A stretch of 63,939 nucleotides of DNA, counting the filler, from Polymyxa betae A26-41 (Eukaryota; Protista; Endomyxa: Phytomyxea), in NCBI GenBank assembly GCA_003693705.1. It is 9 parts of 9 records of this genome, joined end to end, with 100 filler letters (N's around TTAATTAATTAA, not from the genome) between each part and the next. Parts side by side here need not be neighbours in the genome. Positions count along the whole stretch, not along the records: positions 1 to 4,665 come from RBZT01000061.1; positions 4,766 to 25,356 come from RBZT01000108.1; 7 more parts are not named here. The stretch is one strand, 5' to 3'. Below, in pieces: positions 1 through 12,500 of this stretch; the first letter of the stretch is position 1; the number at the start of each line of letters is the position of its first letter. The notes below the pieces were generated by a model. That model ran no database searches. It saw nothing but the letters and a program-made list of their open reading frames with translations, and was not told the origin of the DNA. Position numbers and translations under genes: made by a program.

Positions 1-39
1 AAACCATTGGGCTGAAATGGAAAAAGCATCCCACTAGGT

Positions 40-200
40 AAAAGTCCACTTCTTGATTTCTTCTAAAACCAAATCTGCCAAGTCATGTCCACTTCGTTTC
101 AACTTTCTGTGATAGTCCTGAACCAGTATTGGAACATCAAGCCATAAATTCTGCAAAGGCTCCCAACTGTTCTCGTCCTGAGAAAATCCCTTCTAATCCC
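40..200 (-). pseudogene. Chromodomain remnant of a Ty3/Gypsy (chromovirus-type) integrase
   Basis: My minus-strand translation reads GFSQDENSWEPLQNLWLDVPILVQDY, matching the chromodomain motif G(F/Y)xxxxxSWEPxxNL. No long ORF. Confidence 0.6.
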
Positions 201-639
201 CTAAAAATTCTAATTTGTGGGTAGACGGATTGAGTCTGCAGTCTTTGAATTCATTGCGTCAGAGCTCGCACTTGTCACATGACACATATCATGCATGAGG
301 GCATGACACCAGTGCTGTTTTAGCATAGCACACACGCAGAATGTCGCCTAGGGTAAAAATAGAAAATCATTCACTCCTTCGTTTGATAATGAAGTTCGCT
401 CCTAAAGTGTAGAAGCGATCCAAGTCGAGCTTGCCACGACAGGCTATTGGCCCAGAGCATCGACCCATGTCACCAATGACGACGAATGCAATGACCAGGG
501 AACCACTGGTTGGGTTCATGTTGGACTGGCAGAATTGGCAACGCTGGTCGAAACATCTCATGATCTGAACAAAAGCGGCAGAGCTCGACGAAATCAAATT
601 TGGCTCGAGCTCGGAACCAGAGCCGCTCATTGATGGAAT

Positions 640-1088
640 TAATGAGAGAGATTGCACGAGGGAAGGAAATCAAAGATTTCCAGAAGCTGGAAAAGTAGGC
701 AATGTTCAAGCTGTATGCTTTGTTATCAGAGCCGATACAAGATTGATTTAGTGATTATGAAGCGCCGTCGAAGATGTGGAAAGCTATGCAACTCTACTTC
801 GAAGGAAAGACGCCCCAAGCGAAATCAGATGTGAAAAGAAAATGGTCGGAGATCAAGTTATCAAAGTGTGATGGAAACATGATCGTGTTCATCAATGAAA
901 TTGAAACGACGAAAGCGTCACTAAAAGCTCATGGTGTGACAAAGACCGATGAGGATCTCGTCGAAGATATTCTTGACAAGTTGGATGATGATAACTGGGA
1001 CAGCTACAAGGAACTGAAATATACGCAAGGAATGCCTGATTTCGAAACGTTGAAAGCCGATTTTGACAATAATCTACAACCGGCGTAA
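640..1088 (+). pseudogene. Ty1/Copia gag (UBN2/Retrotran_gag_2-like) fragment
   Basis: ORF 774-1088 (MWKAMQLYFEG...KRKWSEIKL...FINEIE...L...G...DEDLVEDILDKL...W) has Copia gag spacing. Its upstream continuation carries stops. Confidence 0.65.
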
Positions 1089-1093
1089 CAAGA

Positions 1094-1923
1094 TCAATCA
1101 AGAAACAGATAGCATGTCTGATAATATGCCTGGAAACTCCTATTAACTGCGACGTCCAAGGGTTGGAGAATGTTGGTTAAGTTAGGTGGGATAATGGCGA
1201 TGAAAATGTTGTACTTCTCAAGGGCCTTAGATTCTGCCAATTTGATATGAACGCCATATGAATCCATGATCAAAAGTGTTGGCTCCCGAAAAAACGCCGA
1301 TTCGACGCGAGATATTATTGCATCTTTGACGAGCTGAAGTAAGATGTCATCATTCCACATGCCCGTCTTGTTAACATCAACGAATACACCATCATGAACA
1401 GACGGCTTATTTTCAATCCAGAGAAGAGTAAATGCGGTTTTAATAGCTTTCCTGTGCTAGTAATCGCAAATGTCACCGTAAATCGTTTATGGGAAGTACC
1501 GCCTTTTTTCAAAAGAACCATAATCCAACATCAATAGCCATCTGACCATTAATTGAGCAAGTCAACTTACATCGCGACATCCTTTGGTGGTTATAGTTGA
1601 TGTCGGTTCAGTTTCAAAATAACGGAATACTTGGTCCATATTGATGATGTTTTTGGTTTGATTGAATGTGTTTCGATTAAATGATGAACAAGCTGAATAA
1701 ACCTTCGACAAATATCGTCCGCACCAACCGGTAGAGAACGACAGGACGTCTGTCTTCGCGAAACAAGATTATGGCGAACTTTAAATTTTGAAACCCAACC
1801 AGGCGAAGCAATGAATTCCGCATCATGGTCAATTGAGCCGTCCCCCTTCGCTTGGCTGAATAAACTCAATGCCTTTTGCTGAATATACTGATCCTTGACA
1901 CGTAATCCTTTTTTGTTCTTCAA
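1094..1923 (-). pseudogene. pogo/Tigger-like (Tc1-mariner) transposase, frameshifted
   Basis: CENP-B-type HTH (FIASPGWVSKFKVRHNLVSRRQT) and DDE_1 motifs (LLIMDSYGVH; IPPNLTNILQPLDVAVNRSF) are split over three frames. Confidence 0.85.
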
Positions 1924-2072
1924 TTTGATCCAATCAATCAGTAGTTATACCTTCAGTGATTCAAGAGTATTGGGAAAAAGAGATAATAAAGTGTACTCAA
2001 GAGCTGAGTAGTTTATGGGACCTTAATACACTACGTTCTCCATGGAAAAAAAGTTGTTCAATTCAATCTAAA

Positions 2073-2146
2073 TACAACACCATGGTGTTGTAATCGAATA
2101 TAACACCGGCCTGGTGTTATATTCGACCATAACACCATGGTGTTAT
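2073..2146. repeat. Nested palindrome array of three AACACC...GGTGTT units
   Basis: Perfect palindromes TACAACACCATGGTGTTGTA (2073-2092) and ATAACACCATGGTGTTAT (2129-2146) flank a 14-bp inverted repeat (TCGAATATAACACC/GGTGTTATATTCGA). Confidence 0.9.
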
Positions 2147-2441
2147 TTTCGGGTTAAGACGGTAGGACGAAATCACCAACGGTAAAATTGGGTGCTTTCC
2201 TCCTCATATTTTTAACCCCATNNATGTTACGGTTTTATGCATATCTTCTAATGCATTCTGTGACTCCTCAATAAACCTTTCCGTAAACTAAACCTACTTT
2301 TGGGTAGTGAAAGTTTGGTTTTGACCTGTTTGGCTACTTTCCGTAAACCAGCCAGTTTTCGATTTGCAGGCAGTCACATCCTATAAAATTTTCCGAATCT
2401 AAATAAAATATCAACAACTTCAACAGCCGTTGATCATAACC

Positions 2442-3558
2442 ATGGACGATGAAGAGTTTCTGATAGATCTGATGCAACAGCAGATGACTGTATTGACTGC
2501 AGTGTGTGCAGCAGCTGCTAATTCTACGTTCTTTTTCGATGACGACGAGATGGATGATCAAACATATGTAGATCGCAACGAAGGTGTTAGAGATCAGCTC
2601 AGCATTCTAGAAAAGTCGCCCTCCTTATTCAAAGTGATTACTAACTTCTCTGGCGACGAGTTTCAAGAGCTTTGCGAAATCGTCTGTCCTTTGATCACCA
2701 AGATATCGAGATCAACCGGGATGGCTAGGGGAATCGGGGGACGACCACCAAAACTAACTCCTGAGCAAAGATTGCTGCATTTTATTCTCTATATGAATCA
2801 CGACAACACGGTTACGTTTGGCGCTTACAACTGGAACTGGTCGAAGAGTTCTGCTTGTGATGATGCATCGCGTCGTGTATCATTGTTGCTGCGGGTAATG
2901 AATTGCGATGGCCGACAGCAGAGAAGAGGCGCCAATTGGCATCTAGAACCGAGTTCGAGGGTTGCATTGGATTTATCGATGGAACTCTCATTGAAATCCG
3001 AAAACCGATGGGCGCTGATTGCTTTGATCGGCACCAAACCTGGTACAACGGCAGAAAATCAATGTACGCTTTGAACAATACCGTTGTGGTCGATCATGAT
3101 GGGCTGTTTATTTACATTGATGGAGGCTATCCAGGGTCATATCACGATGTCAACATTTTACGTCATTCGGAACTCTATCGAAACTGGAGACAATACTTTA
3201 CCCACTGCGATGAGCACTTCGAATACGTTCTTGGAGATCCAGGATATGTGGGCGAAGAAATGTTCATCATGCATCGCATTGGGCAAAGGCAACGCGATGC
3301 CCAAACGGAAGGTAACTTGGAAGCAGTCGATGCTTTCAATGCCGTCCACGGCGGATACAGAGTTAAAGTAGATTGGGGAATCGGAGGGATGAAACGAAAG
3401 TGGCGGAAGCTGATGAAAAATTCGAAGCCACTCGTGGAAAATTCCCTGAAATTTTCCGGGCATGTGCCATCTTAACCAATTTCCTGCAACGTCGTCGCTT
3501 GGATATGTCCGCCATTAGGGAACGTGACGACAATCAGGGATGGGATGGGCGCGATTAG
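2442..3558 (+). pseudogene. Harbinger-type DDE_Tnp_4 transposase with two frameshifts
   Basis: GRPPKLTPEQRLL HTH region plus GCIGFIDGT, YNGRK, GYPGSYHD, LGDPGY and RVKVDWGIG motifs. Frameshifts near 2870 and 3418. The third catalytic position is D instead of the usual E. Confidence 0.85.
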
Positions 3559-3644
3559 ATCAAGATATGAAAATCGTTTCAGTAGCTGTGCCTTTTAGAT
3601 CGCAAACAAATAAACAACAATTGTTTTATAATTTTGAGATCTAA

Positions 3645-4400
3645 ATATCATCTCAAAAGCAGTGCCTTGGCTCTTGAATTGAATTCTTGGCTGATGAATC
3701 ACAAATTCAGCGCTTCTTTCAGCTTATCCACTCGAGCCAAGTCTGCGCGAGCTTTCAACAGATGCTCTTGGCTTTCGCGGAATTTGTCGAAATTGCTGCT
3801 GAGCGCGGCAATCGAGGATGTTTGCTCGTCCAGCGTCTGGGCCTTTGTTCGATGCCCAGCATGTTTTTTGTTTGGCTTTTTATCGCTGTTTGGAGCAGAA
3901 TTCAATTTAGCGACAAAGGTTTCTTGATTCGCGATGACGTTTCTTTTGGCATGGCCATCTGTCTGTTTGATTTTCTCGAACAGATCAGATGGCTGAAGAG
4001 CGATTTACCCGACTGGTCGTCAGCATCTCCAGTTAGCAATTCATTTTTCTCGTTCCTAATATGAAATTCGAGCTGTTCCTCTGATACAGCACAGTCGGGA
4101 AACTCCTTCTCGTAATCGTTGTAAATCTGCAAATTCAGTAAATTTACACAAAAAAGTTTGAACTCGATTGGACAACCTTTGGCCAAATCTCCTTCGGAGT
4201 GACCTGCTTTCCAGCTTTTTTCCGACCATTTGATCAAAAGCTGTAGTGCTGTCGGTGAGAAGACATCAAAACGCTAAGCTTTTCCGAAGTGATTCTATCA
4301 CGTTCAATCTTCGGTTTTTTGTAAAGCGGCTCTGGTGTAGACGGAAGAACGGCAACTGATAGAATCGGTGCTGTCCGAGCTGAATTGGGCAAAGAGTTCT
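3645..4400 (-). pseudogene. Accessory (Myb/SANT-like) gene of the transposon, degraded
   Basis: Splicing a ~50-nt GT..AG intron gives KQVTPKEIWPK|IYNDYEKEFP, followed by a charged coiled-coil-like tail. It lies inside the TIRs opposite the transposase, as expected for a Harbinger ORF2. Confidence 0.45.
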
Positions 4401-4665
4401 CAGCTAGAATCCACAACGAAAGTAATATACTTTAGCGCGAAACGTTTTATTAGTTACAGACGAGTTTAAAGTTAGGTTCAAAGTTTTGAACCCTCTTTTG
4501 GGTGCCTCCAAAACTTTGGACCCACTTTTGCCTATTAGCTCAGCAGGTGGCTGCTCCGACCAAACTTTAAATTCAAAATCGTGTAACTGGCCAGCTTTTG
4601 ACATAGTTTACGGAAAGGTTTAATATGTTTCTTTATTCGACCTTTATCAAGCGGCGCCACCTCAA

Positions 4666-4765
4666 NNNNNNNNNNNNNNNNNNNNNNNNNNNNNNNNNNN
4701 NNNNNNNNNTTAATTAATTAANNNNNNNNNNNNNNNNNNNNNNNNNNNNNNNNNNNNNNNNNNNN
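4666..4765. other. Artificial contig spacer (N44-TTAATTAATTAA-N44), repeated at 25357, 38619, 43196, 48019, 52256, 57282 and 61281
   Basis: Identical 100-bp six-frame-stop linker occurs eight times. Confidence 0.98.
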
Positions 4766-6458
4766 GACATTCTTTCCTCTATATAAAATATCTACGCCTC
4801 ACAACTCTTTGTCATCAAAGCAGATGTGCTGAAATGCCGGGTCGCCATTGCCCTTTTGGTGAATGCCGCCCTTCCGGTCCCGATCGGCCCTCCGTCGTGA
4901 ATTACGGGAACAAAGAACGCACTTTGATTCGGCATTTATTGTCTACATCTCTGTTTCTGGTAGAACACTACCTAGTAGATCATGCAAATGAGTGTCTCAG
5001 ATCTGTTCAGACCAACGATCTCAACAGATCTGAAAGTGCGTATCTGCGCATCTTTAAGAGGAACTGCTCAGATTATACTGCGATATCTGATTAGAAAACA
5101 GACCTGAACAGATCTGTTGACAGCCTACTGTGATGTCTTCTTACATAAATATTATGATCATCTGCTTGGTTTGTATTATTTTTGATGATTTGTTCGGGCA
5201 TTAACTTGTCTCCGATTTTCCCGTCGGTTGTCTAATTGTTATTATTCAAATGGTCAATATGAGTTGTGAATTCGTCTGGTTCAAAACAGAGTACCGGTAC
5301 CTGCATTTTTTTAGGATTTCTCCACGTTTTGCGTTTTGTACTACGTATTATACAATTACTGGTAAATGTACACATGATAATACCCGTGAGTATGAGGCTG
5401 TTTCAAGTAAAAAATTCCGATACGCATATATCGATACCTCCAATCAGATTTCAGCTTCCGCAATATTTATCGCAATAAATTTTATGGACCATCCGATGGT
5501 CAATAATTGAATTATATCGATATAATTCAGTCGCGTAAATCGCTCGCAGAGCCTCCACGCAACTTATCTGAATTTTATCTCCTTTTTTATCTCCTTTATT
5601 TCCATGAATATCTATTTAATGCTTGAAACACGCACTTTCTCTGTGTTCTATTTTATCTATATAAATTCCAGCTTGAAACAGCCTCTATCAATAATGGTTT
5701 CAAATATTAAATATATCTGATGTTGATCCTGAAATTAATCCAACATTTACTAGAATAGACCATTTCAAGTGTGTCAATAGTATAGTTAGGAAATCCTATA
5801 ATTTCCAGCGAGCGAGGCTTTGTCATTATACATTCTAATATAAATTAGTTTTTTAATACTAGTTCTTCAAAATCAATCTGCCTAATATTAGATATATCTA
5901 ACCGATTGATTAATATGGATTTTAAGAAAAAAAAATCCAATGGTGTTAAAATGACCTTTAAATATCTCGATCTTATTGACTGATAACAAGCTAAGGTAAT
6001 AATCTTTAGCAATACCAATTCTAATGCAACATGATAAAAGATTTTGAACAGCAGCGCGCTCTGGGCGTTTTTGGATATTGAGCTCCAAGTATCAGATCGG
6101 CATCATATACGATGGGCAATGCAATATTGAATTATTTCACAGAAAGTGTTGAAACAAGGTCGAATCTTCGTCTTGATTCGGAATGAATGCATTTGGTGAT
6201 TTTGAAAAAAGCAGTCGTTATTTTCGATAGATTCAAGTATGACATACTACAAGAATTGACTAGAGAGCAAAGACAGCTTCCAAATATGTTGACTTTGTGG
6301 GTTGTCGTTGAATGGATTTTCAAAAGATTCTGCAGAATTTTGGGCCAATTATATGGGTTTTGCCCTAAAGCGGACCCAAGTTTTGTGTGCGTCACGGAGT
6401 CCGTGGCTCAGGAGACGGCATCTCTTTCATCAGTTCTTCCTGCAGAATCACGGTCGGG

Positions 6459-7091
6459 ATGTTGCACGAATACATGGTGATCGGGCGCAAGACGCCCACC
6501 GAACGGAATCCCGAACCGACCGTCTACAAGATGCGTCTGTTCGCTCCCGACGCCCCCAAGGCTCGGTCTCGCTTCTGGGTCGGTATTCGTAAACGATTGT
6601 GGTTCCAAGAATCGCTGATCCTGTGCGTAGTATTTCCTGTCCAAGCTGCGCCGAGTTAAGAAGGCCAACGGTGAGGTTATTTCGGTGCACGAACTCTCTG
6701 AGAAGAACCCCAACGTCGTCAAGAACTTCGGTGTCTGGCTCCGATACGACTCTCGATCCGGCACCCATAACATGTACAAGGAGTACCGTGATACCCATCT
6801 GACTGGTGCTATCGAGCAGGTCGCTGATCGTTAGCGAACGGTTGAATTTTTGTTAATTGTGCAATGCAGATGTACACTGAAATGGCCGGTCGTCACCGAG
6901 CCCGAAAATCGTCCATCCAGATCATCCGGACGGCCCCTGTTGCCGCCAAGGACTGCCGACGTGAAAACACTAAGCAGTTCCACGACAGCAGCATCAAATT
7001 CCCGATGCCATCAGTCGCTAATCTGCCTCGTACTAGCCACAAGCAATTCAAGACCACTTTCAAGGCCAACCGCCCTGCGATTGCCCATTAA
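6459..7091 (+). CDS. RPL18A: 60S ribosomal protein L18a (eL20), 2 introns (6579-6630, 6820-6869)
   Basis: Spliced product: [14 protein letters not shown]...YKMRLFAPD...ARSRFW|[15 protein letters not shown]...[24 protein letters not shown]...|[12 protein letters not shown]...[11 protein letters not shown]. Both introns are GT-AG. Confidence 0.97.
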
Positions 7092-7242
7092 GTGGAACTG
7101 GTTCCTGTTTTTAATTCACTAAATCCACCAATTCCTTTCATTAGTTTGGTGAAGACGGTTTTTTTTGCAAGCGTGATAGAAACGGGATGGCGTGTCTTCG
7201 TCATCTATTTTTAATATTTTTTGGTGAAAGATGGTGAGAGTG

Positions 7243-9256
7243 TTAGCATACTTTGGGTGGACCATTAGTGCTAAATACGACATTACGATCGATATTTAAC
7301 GACTGGCTGTCTTCGTTATAACTAACATGGAACGGCCGCGGTAGCGTATCTGACTCAATTTCAATAGAGCTTTTGACAGGCGTAATGAAACAGACCTGCG
7401 AACTCTTTGAGCTTATTTTTGGCATCTTCGAAGCTCTCAGCCAGATAGTATAATGGCTGGTACTGAAAGATTGCTTAATACAGCAAAAATACTGCTTGAA
7501 CGTTATTTACCGTCGTTATTGGATAATCGGTTTTGGCAGCATCGTTTGGATCCCAGGGCTTTATTTTCGGTTCACTACTCATTGAATATTCCAGCTCGCC
7601 AAACGAGCTCAGCAGCCCGGCCCCGTAGGCTTTCCTCTGCCCGCCTTGTTGACAAATGCCAAATTCAACTGAAACCCTAATGAAAAGAGGTCTCGATTCT
7701 ACTCGAAATTAAGGATACCTGTAAACCAGTAACACTAGCATCATATCAAAAATCATGATTCATAGAAGGTCATCAGTTTACGCGTGCAAGCATCGTGATT
7801 TGCTCGTCTGTGGCACCAATCGAAGCTAAGCCAATTTCTTGAGAAAAGTCGGCGAAAGCTTTGTTTGCAAACATCGGTGCGTGCCTAAGCACATTAATCT
7901 CCAATAATCTGCAGTTCAAGCCTCATACCCCATAACTAAAGCTTAAAGTCAGTACTACAAAAAGGAATTTCAGACTGATACCTTCATGGACGATATCGGG
8001 TTCGGGTGTATATCTGAAACAGTAGGCTAAGTCGTCCGAAAGGCAGAAATGAAAGCTTACAGTGGCTTGCTGTGATGTCGAATGTATTGTGTAGAGAAAA
8101 ATCTCCTGTTTGGAGAGTTATACAGAATGTCCCCATGCCCTATTGGCTTACCTGAATGCCAATCCCTAAATGAACTCAGTATCGTGAGTAAGCAAAAAAA
8201 CAGAAACTCATACGGCAAAAAAATCTCTAGCACTAAGCAAGCCAGGAACGGGCCTTAAGCGAAACCCAGTTTGTTCTTGAAGGAACTCAGAGATATCTTC
8301 GAGCTGCGGAATCGAATTCCGAGAGTAACCACATTTTTTCTGAAGTTCAGGCAATATTTCCAAATATTCCTGGCAAGCATGATTCTGGATGAGAGGATAC
8401 AGCTTATCCCAGACTACAGGACGGATGGTTGTCAGAACAAGATTAGGTCATCCAGCATTTTTGCAAACCCGATCCCCACGTTTCAGTTTCAGCTTGAGAA
8501 TAATCAATTCGAGCAATAGGTTGTCCACTAATTCACCATTTTAGAACTTTCAAAAGAAGCATTGTGATATCAGCAGTTAACCATTGATAAGTTTGCGCTG
8601 CAGCAGTAATCATCGCACGGCGATTGCGATATTCAGCGTCTTTGAAACCTGGATGATCGGATTGAAGGTCATCTCCCGCATCGAGGGTATTTTGCGAGAT
8701 CAAGTCTAAGTCCTGCTCTCGACGAGGAAACCAAGGGACTAAAAGCATCAGGAAATTGCTGGTATACGATGCAAATTTACCTTTTCTTCCTCCTATAATG
8801 ACCACATTTCTGCATACACTTTTTAGATCATCAATTAGTTTCTTCACTTGAGGATCACTTGGCGATCCTTCAAAGTCAACATAAAACTGCAATAGAAAGG
8901 CTTACACATCTAAACCGGGGAATATCCGGATGATTACTGACATCGTATTCTTTTGCAAATTTGCTTGGTCGACTCTCGATTCGAGTCATATTAACGTCAT
9001 GTTTCCAGAAGAATTGAAGTGCGTCCTTTTGATAAAGTTGTCAGCTCACAACTACCAATTCCTTTTTGTGCAGTCCAACCTGTAAGGCACCGAGAGAATC
9101 CTTAAGCGAAAATACCGCCGACACTTTAGCCGGCTGAACAGAATTAGGCAAATGTTCAAACGGAACACCGGCTCGGCTGGTCTGAGCAGCATCCGACAAC
9201 GACCGCGAGAGCCTGACGGCTGCTGGCCGTAAACGATCTTGCAAAACTCTCCACAT
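7243..9256 (-). CDS. PAH: Phenylalanine 4-hydroxylase (biopterin-dependent aromatic amino acid hydroxylase) with N-terminal ACT domain, multi-intron
   Basis: ACT domain ([10 protein letters not shown]...FYVDF), [46 protein letters not shown] and YWFTVEFG are all reconstructed across GT-AG introns. Confidence 0.93.
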
Positions 9257-9577
9257 CCTGACTACTACGACCAGGCTGGCGATTAAACGGAACCAAACTA
9301 GTAATTATGGTGACTACAAGACGCTTGCAGGCGATCGCCGATACCGCACCGCCTGGGTGAAGCTATGATCCCTTTATAAAAATGACAATGCCTGTGGTAC
9401 ACCTCGCCTGTCAAAGGGTGACGGCAGTCAGTCAATCACTCCCACAAGGGGAAATGCCCTCGTTTACGTAACTGTATCATAGACGGATTATTACAGAGGA
9501 CATTTTCACTAACAGTGGTCCTCTAATGATTTCACTGATGGCATTATCTATTCATGAGTTTATTTGTATTCGTATGA

Positions 9578-12500
9578 TTAATATCGCAGGCCGCAGAACA
9601 ATGCCACGCCGGCTTTGATCCATTTGCTAGCCGGATCTCGTGTCGGCAGCTCGCAAAACATGATGAAGTTCGTGCTATGGCCCGTTGTGGACAATTGACC
9701 TATACTGTCATGAGGTGACAATTCCAAAGCACTCATACTGACAAACCTGTTCGCGTCAGGATTTTATAGACTGGACATCTATATATTCCTGATTTAGGTT
9801 CAACTCGGTTTACTACAGGTACTAGCCATATCTAAAACGAAATGTCAGAACGGGTTCAGGCGCCAATCAGACTCATGCTACCGTTGGCATAGCAACGAAT
9901 AGTTCTTTCGGTAACGATTCAGAGAGTGATTCCTGGACTGGATCCCAACGTGCACCTTCCAGAAACAGACCACGAATTAAACAGCCATCTTCGATTGCTT
10001 GGTGATCGACACCAGACGGAAGGATTTTGAACGAAAAAGATATCTGCACATCTGATGTCAATTGCGAATGTGTCAATGAAAAACAGGCTATTACAGTGTC
10101 AATGGGCTTGCAATGCCGCCTGGCATAATTCTGAAGCGTTCCTGTCAAGAATGCTTGCGGGAAGAAGAATCCACTAATCCAGAACACTTTCGGCGTTCCA
10201 TCGTTGATCCAACCGTTGATGAAGGCCTGATGCAATTTCGGATTTTCGTTCGATAGTAAGTAAGATTGATACCATTCGAGCATTAAGGTCATTGACCCAG
10301 GCTGATAGATGCAGAAGAGAGGGGTAAGCTACCGAGGCCCATAGCTCGGGGACTTGGTTTTTGAACAATGAGTCGGCCATGCCTTCCAGTTCAGCAGTCA
10401 TGACCATTTCTCCTTTGAGCGCTTTAATCAAGCCTGCCAAGGTTTCCACCACCTTTGATAGTAATCTAAGACAGTCCTTAAAAACAGGCTCACTGTTCAC
10501 AAGTTAGATACCGGTTGTATCTGATTGCCTCTTGAACGAGTACAGTATTCATGCTTTCGCTGTAGCTGGTTGGATACATCTTCATAATCGATTCTATGTC
10601 AAGTCGTGCTGGGATCATTCCTTGTATCCGCTGTGCTGCTTCAGCCACAATCGACTCACGAGATTTCCCGCTACCCGAAGATACACGAGGAAGGATCGAC
10701 AGAATCGAATTAAACAGGCTGAATTTGAATCAACACATCAACATGTTTCAACCATTTCAAAAACCTGTTGGTCTCTTCTCGGGCACAAGCAATATCAGCG
10801 TTACCGTGCAATCCAAACACTTCGGGCTCAGAAGTCGGTGGCAACGCCCGAATGTACGACAAATAGTCGTTCCGATTGCCGACCGGAATCGTTTTGTAGA
10901 TTCCAGATTTTGAGAAGGTGTACTCTAAGGAAACTCTGCATTAAATAAAGGCGTCGCAAGTTGATTGTGACAAAACCTACCTGGCATGAGAACCTTCGGA
11001 TTGACGAAATCATCAAGGATGGTTCGTATTGTACGGCGATCAATGTCATCAGTGACACGACCACCATAGTTAATATCGTAGGTCAAGAAATGTATCACTT
11101 GGTATGGAATCTCATCAAACATACTGATGAAATCGCGAAGTTGTGAGATACAAACTTGCAGATCGGATTCGGTAAATCGATACTGAAACATTTGTCAATT
11201 ATAGAGATCGAAGAACATTAAGCTTTGTACTGGTATATTCCATCCTAATGGACCGAACTTTCGCCTCTCGAGAATATTGGCATGAAAAAGGCACAGAGCG
11301 AAGGTCAGCGCCTTGAACGGTTCCGGCTTCGTACAATCTTCCAGAGATTCATCGCTAAATCCGAGATACGATCGTGTCAAATTCGCACGAAGCCCTGTTG
11401 TCCATTGAAAACCCATGTCATCGGCGTGAATTAGAGCAGCAAACCTTTGGGCGGTTCGTTCGTCATTTTGACGCCGTCTTGCAGGATCGAGACTGGAAAT
11501 TTCGAGGTCGGCAACGAAGTCAACCAGAGACGGAATTGAGGGTTGATGTCGGTCTTCTCAGCCAGTGATTCTACGATTACTTCTAATGCTGGAAGCCATG
11601 ATACAGCCAGATGACAATTTTGTAACAGAACCCATCCACCAACTCGACATGCTGCTTGAATATACCTAAAAATGGACTTAGAATCCGAGATGCCCAACGA
11701 CTCGATATCCAGTACCGTTCAGCATAGACGCCCTGGCCTTTACCCAATGATGTTGATTTCAGTTTGTCGCGCATACCCATTTCATCGGCGAACTTCATGA
11801 CGTCCTCAGCCGGGTCGGCTCCCGGGCTCAGAATGAATACCAAAGGTGTCTTGTACGACGACGTGGCGAACGACCCGCCCAGATCGTATACTGAAAACGG
11901 ATCAGCAAACGAATCGCGGTTGCCATCTTATATCCTGTTACCAGGAGGTTCGACAAATTCGAGACCCATCTTTCTGACGATGAACTCGGTGATGCCATCG
12001 TTCATTTTATCGGGTCGCAGACAGCGCAGCACGAGCAGAAGCTGGAAATCATTCAGAGACTCTTGAAACTGTTGAGATAATGGTTGACGATGTGGATCGC
12101 CTATATTCGGTAAGGTAATTACTATCAATCAATCCGACAATCCTATTTTACGAACTTGCGTCAAAATACGATTTGTATATTCGGAGTCCATCTGGCGTCA
12201 GAAACGTCTGCTCAATGCCCTGGAATTTCGGCAGGTCGCTTAACGACAAGATCGATTGCCACATATCGTCGGCGAGCCAATTCGCTACAGAACGATTCAT
12301 TAATAATCCCATAAAGCCTATCATTTGTATCATACCAGGACGCTCAAGTTTCTTAGTTGGGGCAGCACCACCAACGAGGAACCTCCATTCGTCCGGGTCG
12401 ATCAAATTATCGCCTTGAAGAATGCTTATGCACAGCAAAAAACTGAACAGGTTCTTGTGCGATTCGAACACCGATCTGCAGACCGATTCGTAAAGGCTTT

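Larger units (their letters stand above)
2273..4621 (+). mobile_element. Full-length PHIS (PIF/Harbinger-like) DNA transposon, 18-bp TIRs, AAT target-site duplication
   Basis: AAACCTTTCCGTAAACTA (2273-2290) has its perfect reverse complement at 4604-4621. AAT lies at 2270-2272 and 4622-4624. The element encloses a DDE_Tnp_4-type transposase and a convergent second gene. Confidence 0.9.

Noticed and set aside
4779-5125. Possible Helitron ends and a degenerate CAGATCTGTTCAG inverted repeat
   Set aside because: No convincing 3' hairpin or target duplication; evidence is too weak.
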